Below are positions 16,195 through 26,588 of a stretch of 64,000 nucleotides of DNA, in pieces. Position 1 is the stretch's first letter; the number at the start of each line of letters is the position of its first letter. Below the pieces are notes generated by a model that was given only the letters and a program-made list of their open reading frames with translations, searched no databases and had not been told where the DNA came from. The translations under genes were made by a program, and so were the position numbers. Origin of the DNA: Patescibacteria group bacterium (GTDB lineage Bacteria > Patescibacteriota > Patescibacteriia > UBA10025 > JAHIVO01); assembly GCA_018816445.1 (NCBI GenBank), contig JAHIVO010000061.1, positions 305 to 64,304 of the forward strand. The letters are read 5' to 3'.

Positions 16195-17076
16195 TTACTC
16201 TGTATAGGGTGTTATGTCAATAGGACCTTTGGGATAAGGTATTTGATAGGAGATAATAACTCCTTGCCAGTAGAAATTTGGGAGCTGTACAATTACTTGT
16301 TTACCTTGTGAACCTAAAAAGACGCTATTACCAGTGAGAAGTAAAAATTGGCCACCTAGTGCTTTCCTAACTACCAACTGTGATGTACTTAATCCGTAAC
16401 CTCTTCCTTCCATTTTTTTGGTTGACTGTCCTTGAAATGCACGTCGAATTGCTTCATCGTCACCAACTTCTTGTTTCTGAACATCAAAGTATCTTCCAGC
16501 AATGCCCCTGCCGGTGTCAATTATACAAATATCTAATAACTTCTTCTTCGGATAATGTTGTGCAAATATCCAACCATAATTCTTTTGGCTATGTTCGAAT
16601 ATGTTGCCGACTAATTCGCTAATAGGGTACAAGATTGCATTGCTTGCACCCGCTACATTACCTGTTAGTTTTTCGATAATTCTATAAAAATTACTTTCCA
16701 GACCTTGTCTACTTGTTTCGTCTGCTTTCTTAAGAAAACCAATTGGAATTGTATAGCTTAATAAGCTCAATTGATTGGCATTCTCTATTCCATTAGGAAA
16801 AGAAATATCTCTTAAATATCTCTTTACTTGTTCTGATTGAGGTTGTTGATAATTGCTCTGATATTCTCTAACGTGGGCACACACAGTAAGTGTTAATAAA
16901 GGGTGCATCCAAGTACAGGACGATAATCGAAAATTAACTGGATTTTGTTTTATCCCTTTAAAAGTATCATATAGAGCTTTGATTTGATCTTTAAGGTCGT
17001 CAGATTTAGGATTGTTGACCCTTACTTCCTTTAGCATTAATATTTTATTATAGATTATTTGTATATAGTATACCAT
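16195..17076 (-). CDS. GHKL-family ATPase (histidine-kinase-like ATP-binding domain) with ~140-aa N-terminal extension
   Basis: N-box ELVGNIFEHS, G1 box IDTGRGI, G2 box GRGYGLS. Confidence 0.55.
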   Translation of the reverse strand: MVYYIQIIYNKILMLKEVRVNNPKSDDLKDQIKALYDTFKGIKQNPVNFRLSSCTWMHPLLTLTVCAHVREYQSNYQQPQSEQVKRYLRDISFPNGIENANQLSLLSYTIPIGFLKKADETSRQGLESNFYRIIEKLTGNVAGASNAILYPISELVGNIFEHSQKNYGWIFAQHYPKKKLLDICIIDTGRGIAGRYFDVQKQEVGDDEAIRRAFQGQSTKKMEGRGYGLSTSQLVVRKALGGQFLLLTGNSVFLGSQGKQVIVQLPNFYWQGVIISYQIPYPKGPIDITPYTE

Positions 17077-17092
17077 CTAGTAATTAATCTTT

Positions 17093-17138
17093 TAAGTTGT
17101 CTCTTCCCGCAAAAAAGTTCTAACGTCCTCTACCACCC
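17093..17138. repeat. Module-boundary motif copy M3 with an inserted GC hairpin CACCCAGAGCTGGGTG
   Basis: CTTCCCGCAAAAAAGTTCTAACGTCCTCTAC + hairpin. The 3' CCCCGAGCC part is missing. Confidence 0.55.
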
Positions 17139-17290
17139 AGAGCTGGGTGCTTATGCGCAGTGAAAGACGAAATATTGTTTCGTCTTCTTTGGATTGATTT
17201 TAATCCCTTTATGAGGGATAATATAGGCGGGATTACTTGGTTATTATTGAAAATCATGCTGAAGCGAAAAATTAAAATAATCAATAATTT

Positions 17291-17866
17291 ATGGCTAAAA
17301 AGATAAAACCTAATTGGGAAGCTTATCCCGTATCTGATAATGCCTTAGATGAAATGAATTTTCTTTTACTTTGCCCGAGATGTTTAAAAAAGACAGACCT
17401 TACTGATTATACCGTGAAAGTAGGAAAGAAAAAAAGAAAGAAAAAAATGACCATGCCTATCTGCCAGCCGTGCAAGAAGGCGGCGGTTCGGAAATTAAGA
17501 AAAGAGATGTTAATAATATTTGCTATTTGGGCTCCGGTGTCCTGGGGTCTTTTTATAGTTTTAGCAAAAACAGGTATTCTGGGAAGAACTATAGAAGCCT
17601 TGGGATTTCCTTGGGGGCTATTTCTTCCGGCGATTTTGCTTGGGATACCCCTGTATGCCCTGTACCTGCTTATTAGTTGCTTTATTCCTCCGAAAAAAGG
17701 AGGTTGGCCAATTGAATTGAAAGAACCATTATGGTCTCTCATGTTTGAAAACGAGACTTATGTCAGAGAGTTTACAAAGGCCAACGTCCAAAGGCTTAAT
17801 AGTGTTACGAATTACAACGTCGAGCCGCCTGAAGAGTTAATGAAAGATGGTCGTCTGCTTATCTAA
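17291..17866 (+). CDS. Hypothetical membrane protein with N-terminal CxxC...CxxC zinc-ribbon-like region
   Basis: LLCPRCLKK...MPICQPCKK followed by three hydrophobic helices. Confidence 0.4.
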   Translation: MAKKIKPNWEAYPVSDNALDEMNFLLLCPRCLKKTDLTDYTVKVGKKKRKKKMTMPICQPCKKAAVRKLRKEMLIIFAIWAPVSWGLFIVLAKTGILGRTIEALGFPWGLFLPAILLGIPLYALYLLISCFIPPKKGGWPIELKEPLWSLMFENETYVREFTKANVQRLNSVTNYNVEPPEELMKDGRLLI

Positions 17867-18022
17867 GCGGTGGTACACTCAAGAGGAAACCAAGAAAATT
17901 TTTTATCACCTGTCGCATAAGACTTTTGGAGGTGGGTCAGTTCGTCTTTCTTGGAGTGTGGGGTGTTGATTTTTAGTATATTTTTTCTTGATTAATGGGC
18001 TAAGTTGCGGGATAATCAAGGT

Positions 18023-18050
18023 GTATGATTATTATTATTATAAATCATGC
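18023..18050. promoter_or_regulatory. Putative NikR operator GTATGA-N16-TCATGC
   Basis: Matches the E. coli NikR site GTATGA-N16-TCATAC at 11 of 12 half-site positions. Lies ~190 bp upstream of nikR. Only a TCATGC half-site is present in the related repeat at 17237-17290. Confidence 0.4.
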
Positions 18051-18242
18051 TGAAACGAAAAACTAAAAAAATTAATAAAGCGGATCCGCCTTTGGTGAAG
18101 ATTTTGGCCCACGGAGTTCGGGGTTTATTATGTTGTTTTGATTTAAGGTGAGAGTCTCAGAGCACCGCGGCCGCGGGGTGAAAATCCCGCCATATGGCGG
18201 GGCGACTCGCGAAGTTAGGATCTGATGTGATATAATTAAATT

Positions 18243-18662
18243 ATGAGTACAATAAAGAGATTTAGCATTTCTCTCGACAACGCCCTCCTGGAAAAATTTA
18301 AGAGGAAGATAATGACCAAAGGCTATGCCAACCGCTCACAGGCCATGGCGGATTTAATTAGGAAATCTTTGGTAAATATAGAATGGGATGCTTCGCAAGG
18401 CGAGGTTATTGGGACAGTTACCCTCGTGTACAACCATCACCGTAAGGATATCGTCAATCAGCTTGTCTCTTTACAGCATCAATTTCACCAAGGCATTCTC
18501 GCCACGACACACATTCACATGGACAAGGAAAATTGTTTGGAGGTTTTAGTGGTTAAGGGTAAGGCGAAAAAGATTCGAGAGGTTTATAATCAGTTGGGGA
18601 GACTTAAAGGAATTAAATTCAGCGATTTATCCACAGCCACCACCGGCAGGCATTTGACTTGA
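18243..18662 (+). CDS. nikR: Nickel-responsive regulator NikR
   Basis: N-terminal ribbon-helix-helix (KRFSISLDNALLEKF) and C-terminal metal-binding domain with H-rich motifs (HHRKD, HIHMD). Confidence 0.75.
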   Translation: MSTIKRFSISLDNALLEKFKRKIMTKGYANRSQAMADLIRKSLVNIEWDASQGEVIGTVTLVYNHHRKDIVNQLVSLQHQFHQGILATTHIHMDKENCLEVLVVKGKAKKIREVYNQLGRLKGIKFSDLSTATTGRHLT

Positions 18663-18740
18663 TCCTTAATTTTTTTTATAATAACAGTGTTACGATATTT
18701 AAATTCGTAATACTTATTAACTATTAAACTATAATAATTT

Positions 18741-19436
18741 ATGCACATTCCAGACGGATTTTTGAATTCCGGCACCTCGGGAAGCCTGATTGTGGCAGCA
18801 GTTGGGTTTTTAAGCTTGGCAGTGAGCCGGGTGAGGCAGGGATTTTTTGAGAAAGTAAGAACGGCAACACTGGCAACGCCAGAGGGCGCTGAATTCGGCA
18901 GCACTACGGTTGCCAAGCTGACCTCATACGGCCGAAATAAAATGTTTCGCATGGCGGTAGTCGGTGCTTTTGTGTTCGCCGCGCAGATGGTAGATTTTCC
19001 GGTGGTGCACGGAACATCCGGTCATCTTTTGGGCGGTGTGCTAGCGGCAATCCTGCTCGGACCCTGGGCAGGCATGTTGGTTATTGCCGCGGTTTTGGCC
19101 GTGCAGTCGCTGATGTTCGCTGACGGCGGCCTGGTGGCTTTGGGCGCTAATATTATTAATATGGGTGTTATTGGCGCTGTTGGCGGTTATTATGCTTATA
19201 GGTTTTTGTTTAAGCGAATTAAAAAAGTTTTGCCAGCGGCTTTTATTGCGGCTTGGCTGTCCGTGGTGGTTGCCGCTTCGGTTTGCGCGGTTGAATTGTC
19301 AGTTTCAGGCACGGAAAACCTGGCGCAGTCTTTTTCAGCCATGGCAGGTATTCACGCCCTGATTGGTTTGGGAGAGGGTCTGATTACCGTTATGGTTTTA
19401 ATCGGATTAAAGCATAAGGAGAAAAACAATGAATAA
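18741..19436 (+). CDS. cbiM: ECF-type cobalt/nickel transporter substrate-capture component CbiM/NikM
   Basis: Begins MHIPDGFL, the canonical CbiM N-terminus. Polytopic. Confidence 0.8.
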   Translation: MHIPDGFLNSGTSGSLIVAAVGFLSLAVSRVRQGFFEKVRTATLATPEGAEFGSTTVAKLTSYGRNKMFRMAVVGAFVFAAQMVDFPVVHGTSGHLLGGVLAAILLGPWAGMLVIAAVLAVQSLMFADGGLVALGANIINMGVIGAVGGYYAYRFLFKRIKKVLPAAFIAAWLSVVVAASVCAVELSVSGTENLAQSFSAMAGIHALIGLGEGLITVMVLIGLKHKEKNNE

Positions 19437-19722
19437 AAAATATATTTATTTAGCCCTTATTGCGTTTTTAATTGGTGGCATTGTTTCCTTGTTTGCTTCT
19501 TCGTCACCAGACGGCCTGGAAAAAGTAGCTGAAGACAAAGGTTTTATTCAAACAGCTCTGGACTATCCTTTTCAAACATTGTTGCCGGATTATACTTTCC
19601 CAGTGAACAATGAATACTTAGCTACTGCCTTGGCTGGTACTATTGGTACAGTCGTGGTTTTTCTGATTATTTTGCTGGCAGGGAAGGTTTTATTTCCCGC
19701 CCGGCCCGGGGCAGGGACATGA
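19429..19722 (+). CDS. PDGLE-domain small membrane protein (CbiN/NikN-like)
   Basis: SSPDGLEKV motif and two TM helices. Overlaps the cbiM stop. Confidence 0.55.
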   Translation: MNKKYIYLALIAFLIGGIVSLFASSSPDGLEKVAEDKGFIQTALDYPFQTLLPDYTFPVNNEYLATALAGTIGTVVVFLIILLAGKVLFPARPGAGT

Positions 19723-19793
19723 AATGCGGGATAGTGTCGTCACCAGAAAATTTTTTTAGTTAAAAACGACGGTAATTTTCCACTCCAGTTATT

Positions 19794-20840
19794 TCAATCA
19801 CCTAATACGTAGGCAAAAATGAGAGGCGCCACGATTGTAGCGTCGCTTTCGATGATGAAGCGCGGGGTTTCCGGTTCCAATTTATTCCAGGTGATTTTTT
19901 CGTTAGGTACGGCGCCGCTGTATGAGCCGTATGAAGTGGTACTGTCGGATATCTGACAGAAGAATTGCCACGGTCGGCATTTTCTCTGCAGGTCAAGGCG
20001 GATCAGCGGCACCACGCAAATGGGGAAATCTCCGGCTATGCCGCCGCCGATTTGGAAAAAGCCGATTCCCGCTCCCGCAGCGTCAGTTTTTTCGTACCAT
20101 TGTACAAGTTCAAGCATGTATTCAATTCCCGATTTGACCGTGTGCGGATTTTTCAATGTTTTTTGCATGATGAGTTCACTGGCGAAACTATTGCCCATAG
20201 TGCTGTCTTCCCAACCTGGTACGAATAGGGGAAGGTTTTTTTTCGCGGCCGCCAATACCCAGGAGTCTCTGGGGTTAATTTCATAGTATTGTTCAAGCTT
20301 TCCCGATAGCAAAATTTCGTAAAAGAATTCGTAAGGAAATTTGCGCTGGCCTGATTTTTCAGCTAAGGACCAGATTTCTACCATTATCTGGTCGATTTTT
20401 GTCATTGCCTCATCTTCGGGAATACAGGTATCCGTGACCCGGCTTAGGCCGCTTTGGCGGAGTTCGTTTTCCTGCTGCGCGGTCAGTTCGCGATAATGAG
20501 GCAGACGTCGGTAGTGATTATGGGCCACGAGATTGAAGATGTCCTCTTCCAGGTTGGCTCCGGTGCAACTGACGGCGTGGATTTTGTCCCGACGGATCAT
20601 TTCTGCCAGCGACACGCCCAGTTCAGCTGTACTCATAGCTCCGGCCAGAGTAGCCATCATTTGGCCGCCTTTTTGCAAGTGTTCGCAATAGGCATGAGCT
20701 GCGTCTTTGACAACTGCCGCGTTAAAATGACGGTAGTTATGGTTGATAAACTGCCGTATTTCCTTATAATTATTTTTATTTTTTGTATTGATTATCTCAT
20801 ATTGGTTATTTGTAGCCATAATTAAAAAACAGTTATTCAA
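19794..20840 (-). CDS. Deoxyhypusine synthase-like protein
   Basis: HAVSCTGANLEEDIF, QIGGGIAGDFPI and SDSTTSYGSYSGA align with DHS family motifs. Confidence 0.7.
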   Translation of the reverse strand: MNNCFLIMATNNQYEIINTKNKNNYKEIRQFINHNYRHFNAAVVKDAAHAYCEHLQKGGQMMATLAGAMSTAELGVSLAEMIRRDKIHAVSCTGANLEEDIFNLVAHNHYRRLPHYRELTAQQENELRQSGLSRVTDTCIPEDEAMTKIDQIMVEIWSLAEKSGQRKFPYEFFYEILLSGKLEQYYEINPRDSWVLAAAKKNLPLFVPGWEDSTMGNSFASELIMQKTLKNPHTVKSGIEYMLELVQWYEKTDAAGAGIGFFQIGGGIAGDFPICVVPLIRLDLQRKCRPWQFFCQISDSTTSYGSYSGAVPNEKITWNKLEPETPRFIIESDATIVAPLIFAYVLGD

Positions 20841-21364
20841 TTTAGTTAGAATGTCTTGTTAAATTAAAAATGGCTAGGCCGCAAACACCAAGTGAATAAA
20901 ATTGATGCTAGTTTTTTTCTGAATGAATATACGAAAAAATACTGCTCAAATTTGTTGAAAGCAAGATGGTTTGACTGCGGCCGTTTAATATAATTTTTAT
21001 AACGCATCTGATTGGAAAAAATATTTATTTTATTATACTACATCTGTTTTATTATACTATAATATTTGGCAATGTAAAGGTTTTTTAAAAATATTTTTTT
21101 AGGCACTTTAAAAGGAATTGAGTTATAAAATTAGAGGCGAAGAATTTCTAAGATTATATTCATTTATCTTATTGAACATTTTAAATGATTAAAAGGGTAG
21201 AGTGATAATTTTGGAGAATATGGCAGAGTTAGTGAAGTTGGTGAAGAGTAGAATAAGGGTAAGATAAGAAATTATTAAACAATTAAGTAAGTATTTAGAA
21301 AAAAGCAATATAGATTTAAAAAATGGTGATTGGTTCCTATACTTGACAAAAGAAGTTGGAGGAA

Positions 21365-21394
21365 TATACTTAATTATGGGTATATATTCATAAT
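21365..21394. promoter_or_regulatory. Conserved upstream element (paralog of 6861-6890); a TTGACA hexamer lies at 21343-21348
   Basis: ATATACTTAATTATGGGTATATATTCATAAT versus TATATTTAATTATGGGTATATATTCATAAT. Confidence 0.45.
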
Positions 21395-21485
21395 TGTTGA
21401 TAACTCATTAATTTAGCTAGTTTTGGGTAAATATTCAATATCAAAAAAGTCGAATTTAATAATTAACCAATAAGGAAATAAATAT

Positions 21486-21806
21486 ATGCCAAGACAAGAT
21501 AGTCAAGGTCCCAGATGGGGCGGCGGTCCAGGCGCTGGTTGGGGCATGGGACCCTGCGGTGCAGGTTGGGGTGGCGGCCCATGTTTCGGTAGAGGTGGAA
21601 GGCGAGGCCGAGGACGCGGCATGGGCTGGGGTTTCATGCCCAGCAGAATGTACGGCGGATATAATTACGGCTACCAACTAAGCAAGGATGACGAGCTGAA
21701 AATGATAGAAGATGAGGAAGCAGCCCTTAAAGGTGAGCTTGAGGCCTTACAGCAGGCCAAGCAGCAATTGCGATCCGAAAAAAATCCGCCAAAAGCGGGC
21801 AAGTAA
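21486..21806 (+). CDS. Glycine-rich DUF5320-like protein with C-terminal coiled coil (paralog of 6995-7261)
   Basis: MPRQDSQGPRWGGGPGAGWGMGPCGAGWGGGPC... followed by ELKMIEDEEAALKGELEALQQAKQQL. Confidence 0.55.
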   Translation: MPRQDSQGPRWGGGPGAGWGMGPCGAGWGGGPCFGRGGRRGRGRGMGWGFMPSRMYGGYNYGYQLSKDDELKMIEDEEAALKGELEALQQAKQQLRSEKNPPKAGK

Positions 21807-21916
21807 GATAGTCCTGTTCCATTAACTCTAAATAATGGGCTAGAGCTTTGAACATTCAACAGGACTATCTTTAGCCCAATTTTTAATCAGTTTATAATAG
21901 TAAATCAAATAAATTT

Positions 21917-22099
21917 ATGACAATAGGAGATCAGGCAGGAGGTGGCCGTGTATTAAGTGGCCGTGGTTTGGGACCGGCCGGTTCAAGTATTTGCGTTTGT
22001 CCGAAGTGTGACTATAAAGAAGCACACAAACGTGGTGTGCCCTGCAATCAGATATCGTGTCCTAAATGTGGAACAAAGATGAGGGGTGAAAATTGCTAG
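21917..22099 (+). CDS. Small Gly-rich N-terminus + 7-Cys zinc-ribbon-like protein
   Basis: GGGRVLSGRGLGPAG followed by CVCPKC...CNQISCPKC...C. Present only in cassette 2. Confidence 0.4.
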   Translation: MTIGDQAGGGRVLSGRGLGPAGSSICVCPKCDYKEAHKRGVPCNQISCPKCGTKMRGENC

Positions 22100-22108
22100 G
22101 GTATACAT

Positions 22109-22384
22109 ATGCCACGACCCCAATTATATCGGAGAATTAAATTTAGCCCACGAGTCACTTATTTTAAGCCGCAGGGTATTCCTTTGCGTGCTCTTGAAGT
22201 TGTAGAGTTAAGTAAAGAAGAAGCTGAAGCCTTGCGTTTGAAGAACGTGACCGGACTTGATCAGCATGAGTGCGCTAAAAAAATGCATACTTCGCAAAGC
22301 ACGTTTCAGCGTATTTTATCGTCAGCCTATCGTAAAATCAGCTATGCCCTGATAAAAGGTAAGGCCATTTCAATAGAGAAATAA
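22109..22384 (+). CDS. DUF134/UPF0251-family predicted DNA-binding protein (paralog of 7440-7715)
   Basis: About 70% identical to the 7440 product by eye. Confidence 0.7.
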   Translation: MPRPQLYRRIKFSPRVTYFKPQGIPLRALEVVELSKEEAEALRLKNVTGLDQHECAKKMHTSQSTFQRILSSAYRKISYALIKGKAISIEK

Positions 22385-22495
22385 AATATCATAAAAAGTA
22401 ATTAATTTTTTATATAAACCGTCTCATCTTCATTGTTGACAATTTTTTATTATGGTGATAATTTTAAAGTTAAGTATACTTAACTTATAATCACT

Positions 22496-22900
22496 ATGGT
22501 TAAACAAAACCAGGAAGATTATTTGCGAGCAATCTATAACTTTTGGGAACACCATGATAGAGTTATTCGTTCCGTGGATATTGCCGGGTATTTGAATATT
22601 TCCAAAGCGTCAGTTTCTCAAATGTTAAAAAAGCTGGCTCAACAGAGGTACGTAAAAATTAAGCCTTATTCATATGTATTATTTACCACTAAAGGTTTAG
22701 CATTGGCCAAAAGATTGATGTACAAACATAGAATTATTGAAGTTTTTTTAAGGGAGATACTGGGTATTAATAAAAAGAATGTTCATGAGGAGGCAAACAG
22801 ACTCGAACACGGTTTTTCTGATGAGACAATCAGGAAATTAGCAAAATTTATAAATAATCCGAAATATTGCCCAGGTGGTAAAAAAATTCCAAAATTATAA
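22496..22900 (+). CDS. DtxR/MntR-family metal-dependent transcriptional repressor
   Basis: EDYLRAIY, ISKASVSQMLKKL HTH and a dimerisation helix. Confidence 0.75.
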   Translation: MVKQNQEDYLRAIYNFWEHHDRVIRSVDIAGYLNISKASVSQMLKKLAQQRYVKIKPYSYVLFTTKGLALAKRLMYKHRIIEVFLREILGINKKNVHEEANRLEHGFSDETIRKLAKFINNPKYCPGGKKIPKL

Positions 22901-22906
22901 AAAATT

Positions 22907-23134
22907 ATGAAACAAGCTTTAATTACTTTTAGGGAGGGCGACAAGGTAAAAATAGAATGTGTGCATTGCGGGAAGAATTTTAGGAAGCGGTTGATTGATT
23001 TAGGTTTGTTTGATGGCGCAGAAATAGAGATTATTAAAAATGATAAATACGGTCCCCTGATTCTTAAAATTTTTAATTCCCAAATTGCCTTGGGTCGAGG
23101 CCAGGCTGCTAAAATATATGGAAATAAAATCTAA
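22907..23134 (+). CDS. feoA: FeoA
   Basis: 75-aa SH3-like protein. [12 protein letters not shown]...[11 protein letters not shown] is a FeoA pattern. Confidence 0.7.
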   Translation: MKQALITFREGDKVKIECVHCGKNFRKRLIDLGLFDGAEIEIIKNDKYGPLILKIFNSQIALGRGQAAKIYGNKI

Positions 23135-25175
23135 TCTAATTATTGGTTTAGCCGGCAATCCTAATGTTGGTAAATCTACCTTGTTTAACACTTTAACCGG
23201 GGCTCATCAGCATGTCGGTAATTGGCCGGGCAAGACCGTAGAGAAGAAGCACGGGGAATTTACTTATTTAGACAAAAAGATTAAGGTCGTTGATTTACCC
23301 GGTTCCTACAGTCTGACTGCCTATACTGAAGAAGAGACAATCACGGCTGATTTTATTTTAGAAGAAAAACCGGATGTAGTGGTGCAGATAATTGATGCAC
23401 AGAATCTGGAAAGGAATTTGTTTCTGACCATCCAATTGATTGAACTGGGTGCTCCTTTAGTTATTGCTTTAAATATGGTTGATTTGGCAATAAATACTGA
23501 TCAGAAAATAAATATAAAAGCACTGTCTGAACTCTTATGCGTACCGGTTGTTGAAATGGATGCCAGAAGTAAAAAACATCTTGGTAGTTTTATGAAAGCT
23601 GTTTTTGAAAAAGCTTTTTCCGATAAAAAAGCGGATAAAATAAAATTAACGTACGGCACTGATATTAATGATGAGTTGGGAAAAATTAGGCAGTTTTTAC
23701 GAGAAAAAGAAAATAATGTTACTGAAGAGGAAATAAATTGGACAGCAATAAAGTTATTAGAAGGTGATTACCGGGCTGAGCAAAAAGCCAGCAATAAAGC
23801 CCATTATTCGGAACTTAAATTGTTAGTAAAAAGAAGCATTGCGCGTTTGCATAAAATTTGTAATAAGGATATTAATACAATTTTAGCTCGTGCTCGCTAT
23901 GGTTTTATCAAAGGTTTAAGCGAGGATGTTATTGGTCGACATACAATTTCCGGGCATAAAAAGTTGGCAGACAAATTTGATCACATCGTTACAAATAAGT
24001 ATTTAGGTATTCCGTTTTTTGCGATTGTGGCCTGGGTTTTGTTTCAGACGACATTTAAGTTATCAAAACCACTGATGGGCTGGATAGAGTTACTTTTTGA
24101 ATTTCTCGGCGCCAACCTCACTTCTTTAATGGCAACATGGAATGCACCTACCTGGGTAAGCTCATTGTTAGTTGATGGTGTTATTGGCGGAGTGGGCGGT
24201 GTATTGGTATTTGTCCCAATTATTGGTATTTTATTTTTACTAATGGCTTTATTGGAAGATTCCGGATATATGGCGCGAGTGGCTTATGTAATGGATAAAT
24301 TTATGCACCGCATTGGTTTGCATGGCAAAGCTTTCATCCCTCTCATATTGGGTTTTGGATGTAATGTACCTGGCATAATGGCTACACGTACTCTGCCAAC
24401 AAAAAAAGACAGGTTATTGACCATTTTAATTAATCCTTTTATGTCTTGTGGGGCCCGCTTGCCCGTATATATTTTATTTGCCGGTGCTTTTTTCTCTGCA
24501 TATCAGGGCTGGGTAATATTCTCATTATATTTTTTAGGAATTATCGTAGCTATTGTTATGGGATTCCTATTTAAAAAATTCTTATTCAAGAAACTTTCCT
24601 CGCCATTTGTAATTGAATTACCACCATATCGCTGGCCAGCCATTAAGGGTGTATTAATTCACGTTTGGGAGCGGGTTTGGATTTTTATTAAAAAAGCAGG
24701 CACAATAATTTTAGCCTTCTCTATTATAATTTGGTTGTTGGCAAGTGCGCCATTTGGCGTAGATTATGGTTCGCAGGATAGTTTGGCAGGTTCAATCGGC
24801 CAGACAATATCGCCGGTATTCAGGCCGTTGGGTTTTGACAATTGGCAGTCTTCCGTTGCTTTGATGTTCGGTTTTGTAGCAAAAGAAGTCATAGTCAGTA
24901 CCTTTGGCACGCTTTACGGCATTGATGATGTAGAAGATGGCGAGGGAGGCACTTCGTTGAGTAATGCTTTACAGGATAATTTTACGCCTTTGGCTGCATA
25001 CGCGTTTATGATATTTGTTTTATTATATGCTCCATGCTTGGCTGTTTTAGCAGTAGTTAAGCGTGAGACTAATTCTTGGAAATGGCCGTTATTTATGGTT
25101 GGGTATACAACAGCTGTTGCTTGGATTTTTGCCTTTATTGTTTATCAAGGAGGGAATTTATTAAACTTTGGATAG
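23118..25175 (+). CDS. feoB: Ferrous iron transporter FeoB
   Basis: G-domain [17 protein letters not shown]. Gate motifs in the membrane domain. Start taken at ATG 23118. Confidence 0.85.
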   Translation: MEIKSNLIIGLAGNPNVGKSTLFNTLTGAHQHVGNWPGKTVEKKHGEFTYLDKKIKVVDLPGSYSLTAYTEEETITADFILEEKPDVVVQIIDAQNLERNLFLTIQLIELGAPLVIALNMVDLAINTDQKINIKALSELLCVPVVEMDARSKKHLGSFMKAVFEKAFSDKKADKIKLTYGTDINDELGKIRQFLREKENNVTEEEINWTAIKLLEGDYRAEQKASNKAHYSELKLLVKRSIARLHKICNKDINTILARARYGFIKGLSEDVIGRHTISGHKKLADKFDHIVTNKYLGIPFFAIVAWVLFQTTFKLSKPLMGWIELLFEFLGANLTSLMATWNAPTWVSSLLVDGVIGGVGGVLVFVPIIGILFLLMALLEDSGYMARVAYVMDKFMHRIGLHGKAFIPLILGFGCNVPGIMATRTLPTKKDRLLTILINPFMSCGARLPVYILFAGAFFSAYQGWVIFSLYFLGIIVAIVMGFLFKKFLFKKLSSPFVIELPPYRWPAIKGVLIHVWERVWIFIKKAGTIILAFSIIIWLLASAPFGVDYGSQDSLAGSIGQTISPVFRPLGFDNWQSSVALMFGFVAKEVIVSTFGTLYGIDDVEDGEGGTSLSNALQDNFTPLAAYAFMIFVLLYAPCLAVLAVVKRETNSWKWPLFMVGYTTAVAWIFAFIVYQGGNLLNFG

Positions 25176-25176
25176 T

Positions 25177-25323
25177 ATGAATTTATTAGGGATTTTAATT
25201 GTTATATTAATTACCATAGCGTGTTTGGCGTATATTGTTTCTTATATAAAGAAGACATTTAATAAAGTAAATAGTTCGTGCGAGGAGTGTCCCTATTCGG
25301 ACGCTTGCAGTAAGAAGCAATGA
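25177..25323 (+). CDS. FeoB-associated Cys-rich small membrane protein
   Basis: 48 aa: one TM helix plus CEECPYSDAC. Starts 2 nt after the feoB stop. Below the track cutoff. Confidence 0.5.
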   Translation: MNLLGILIVILITIACLAYIVSYIKKTFNKVNSSCEECPYSDACSKKQ

Positions 25324-25397
25324 TTTGGTAAGTAAAATATTATTTTTTAATATTATTATTAATAAAAAAATTGCATCTAATTAGTATGGGATTCTTT

Positions 25398-26543
25398 ATG
25401 AAAAAATATTTATTTATCATTGTTATCGCTTGTTTGTTTGTTGTTCCGCTGTTAGTCAATTCGCAAGAGGTTAATATCGGCGAAGAAGAAGTTCTTAAAG
25501 CTCGTGTCATTGAAGTTATTGAACAAAATATTGTTACTTCAGAGGATGGTTCTTCCGTAATACAACAAAAACTGAAATTAAAAGGTTTATCAGGCAATTG
25601 GGCAGACAAAGAGTTTATTTTTGACGGTACACAGTATGAAGTCATTTCCGCTAGTGCATATAAAATAGGCGATAAAGTAATGGTATCTTACTCTCCGGAT
25701 ATGGAAGGTAATGACATTTTTTACGTTACTGATTATGTCAGGCAAGGTAAGATATATTGGTTAGCCTTGTTGTTTGCGATTGCAGTGATTGCAGTTGGCC
25801 GGCTAAAAGGAGTCAGGGCGTTAGTTGTTTTGGTATTAACCTTTCTGATTATTCTTGGATTTATTATCCCCAGAATTTTAGCTGGCAACAGTCCTTTGTT
25901 TATTAGTATTATTGGGTCATTATTTATTCTGATTTTAGCTATTTACATCACTGAAGGGTTTAAACGTACCTCAACAATTGCTGTTGTTTCAATATTCATT
26001 TCTTTGATTATCACCGGATTTTTATCAGTTTGGTTTACGGCACTGACTAAATTAACTGGCTTTGCGAGCGATGAAGCTATTTATTTAATGGGGCTAAAGG
26101 GCGGAGATATCAATGTTCAGGGTTTGCTTTTAGCCGGTATAATTATCGGCGCGCTTGGTGTTTTGGATGACGTGATTATTTCCCAGGTAACGTTAGTGCG
26201 GGAATTAAAACAGGCAAATCCACATCTGCCAATAAAGCAGTTGTACGGCAAGGCAATGAAGGTCGGCGTTTCCCATATGAGTGCCATGGTAAATACTCTG
26301 TTTTTGGCGTACGCGGGTGCTGCATTGCCATTACTAATATTATTCAGCGTGAAAGAACCGCCGTTTTTAACTTTAGGGCAGGTTTTAAATAATGAGATGA
26401 TTGCCACGGAAATAGTTCGGACAATAACGGGCAGTATTGGTTTGGTATTAGCCATACCGATCGCTACTCTGTTGGCGGTTCATTTTATACGGTTCACTGG
26501 GCATAAAGAGAGTGTGACGAATGAATTATCCACAATGAACTAA
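25398..26543 (+). CDS. YibE/F-family membrane protein
   Basis: Signal-anchor, extracellular domain, then 7-8 TM helices with the YibE/F-like GxxDDVIISQ region. Confidence 0.45.
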   Translation: MKKYLFIIVIACLFVVPLLVNSQEVNIGEEEVLKARVIEVIEQNIVTSEDGSSVIQQKLKLKGLSGNWADKEFIFDGTQYEVISASAYKIGDKVMVSYSPDMEGNDIFYVTDYVRQGKIYWLALLFAIAVIAVGRLKGVRALVVLVLTFLIILGFIIPRILAGNSPLFISIIGSLFILILAIYITEGFKRTSTIAVVSIFISLIITGFLSVWFTALTKLTGFASDEAIYLMGLKGGDINVQGLLLAGIIIGALGVLDDVIISQVTLVRELKQANPHLPIKQLYGKAMKVGVSHMSAMVNTLFLAYAGAALPLLILFSVKEPPFLTLGQVLNNEMIATEIVRTITGSIGLVLAIPIATLLAVHFIRFTGHKESVTNELSTMN

Positions 26544-26588
26544 TTGCAAATCATTTGCAATTATATTCATGCCGTGCTACCATAGGTT

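Noticed and set aside
16111-16622. Plus-strand ORFs 16111-16311 and 16380-16622
   Set aside because: They are antisense to the GHKL ATPase gene with no RBS. Low-complexity translation.
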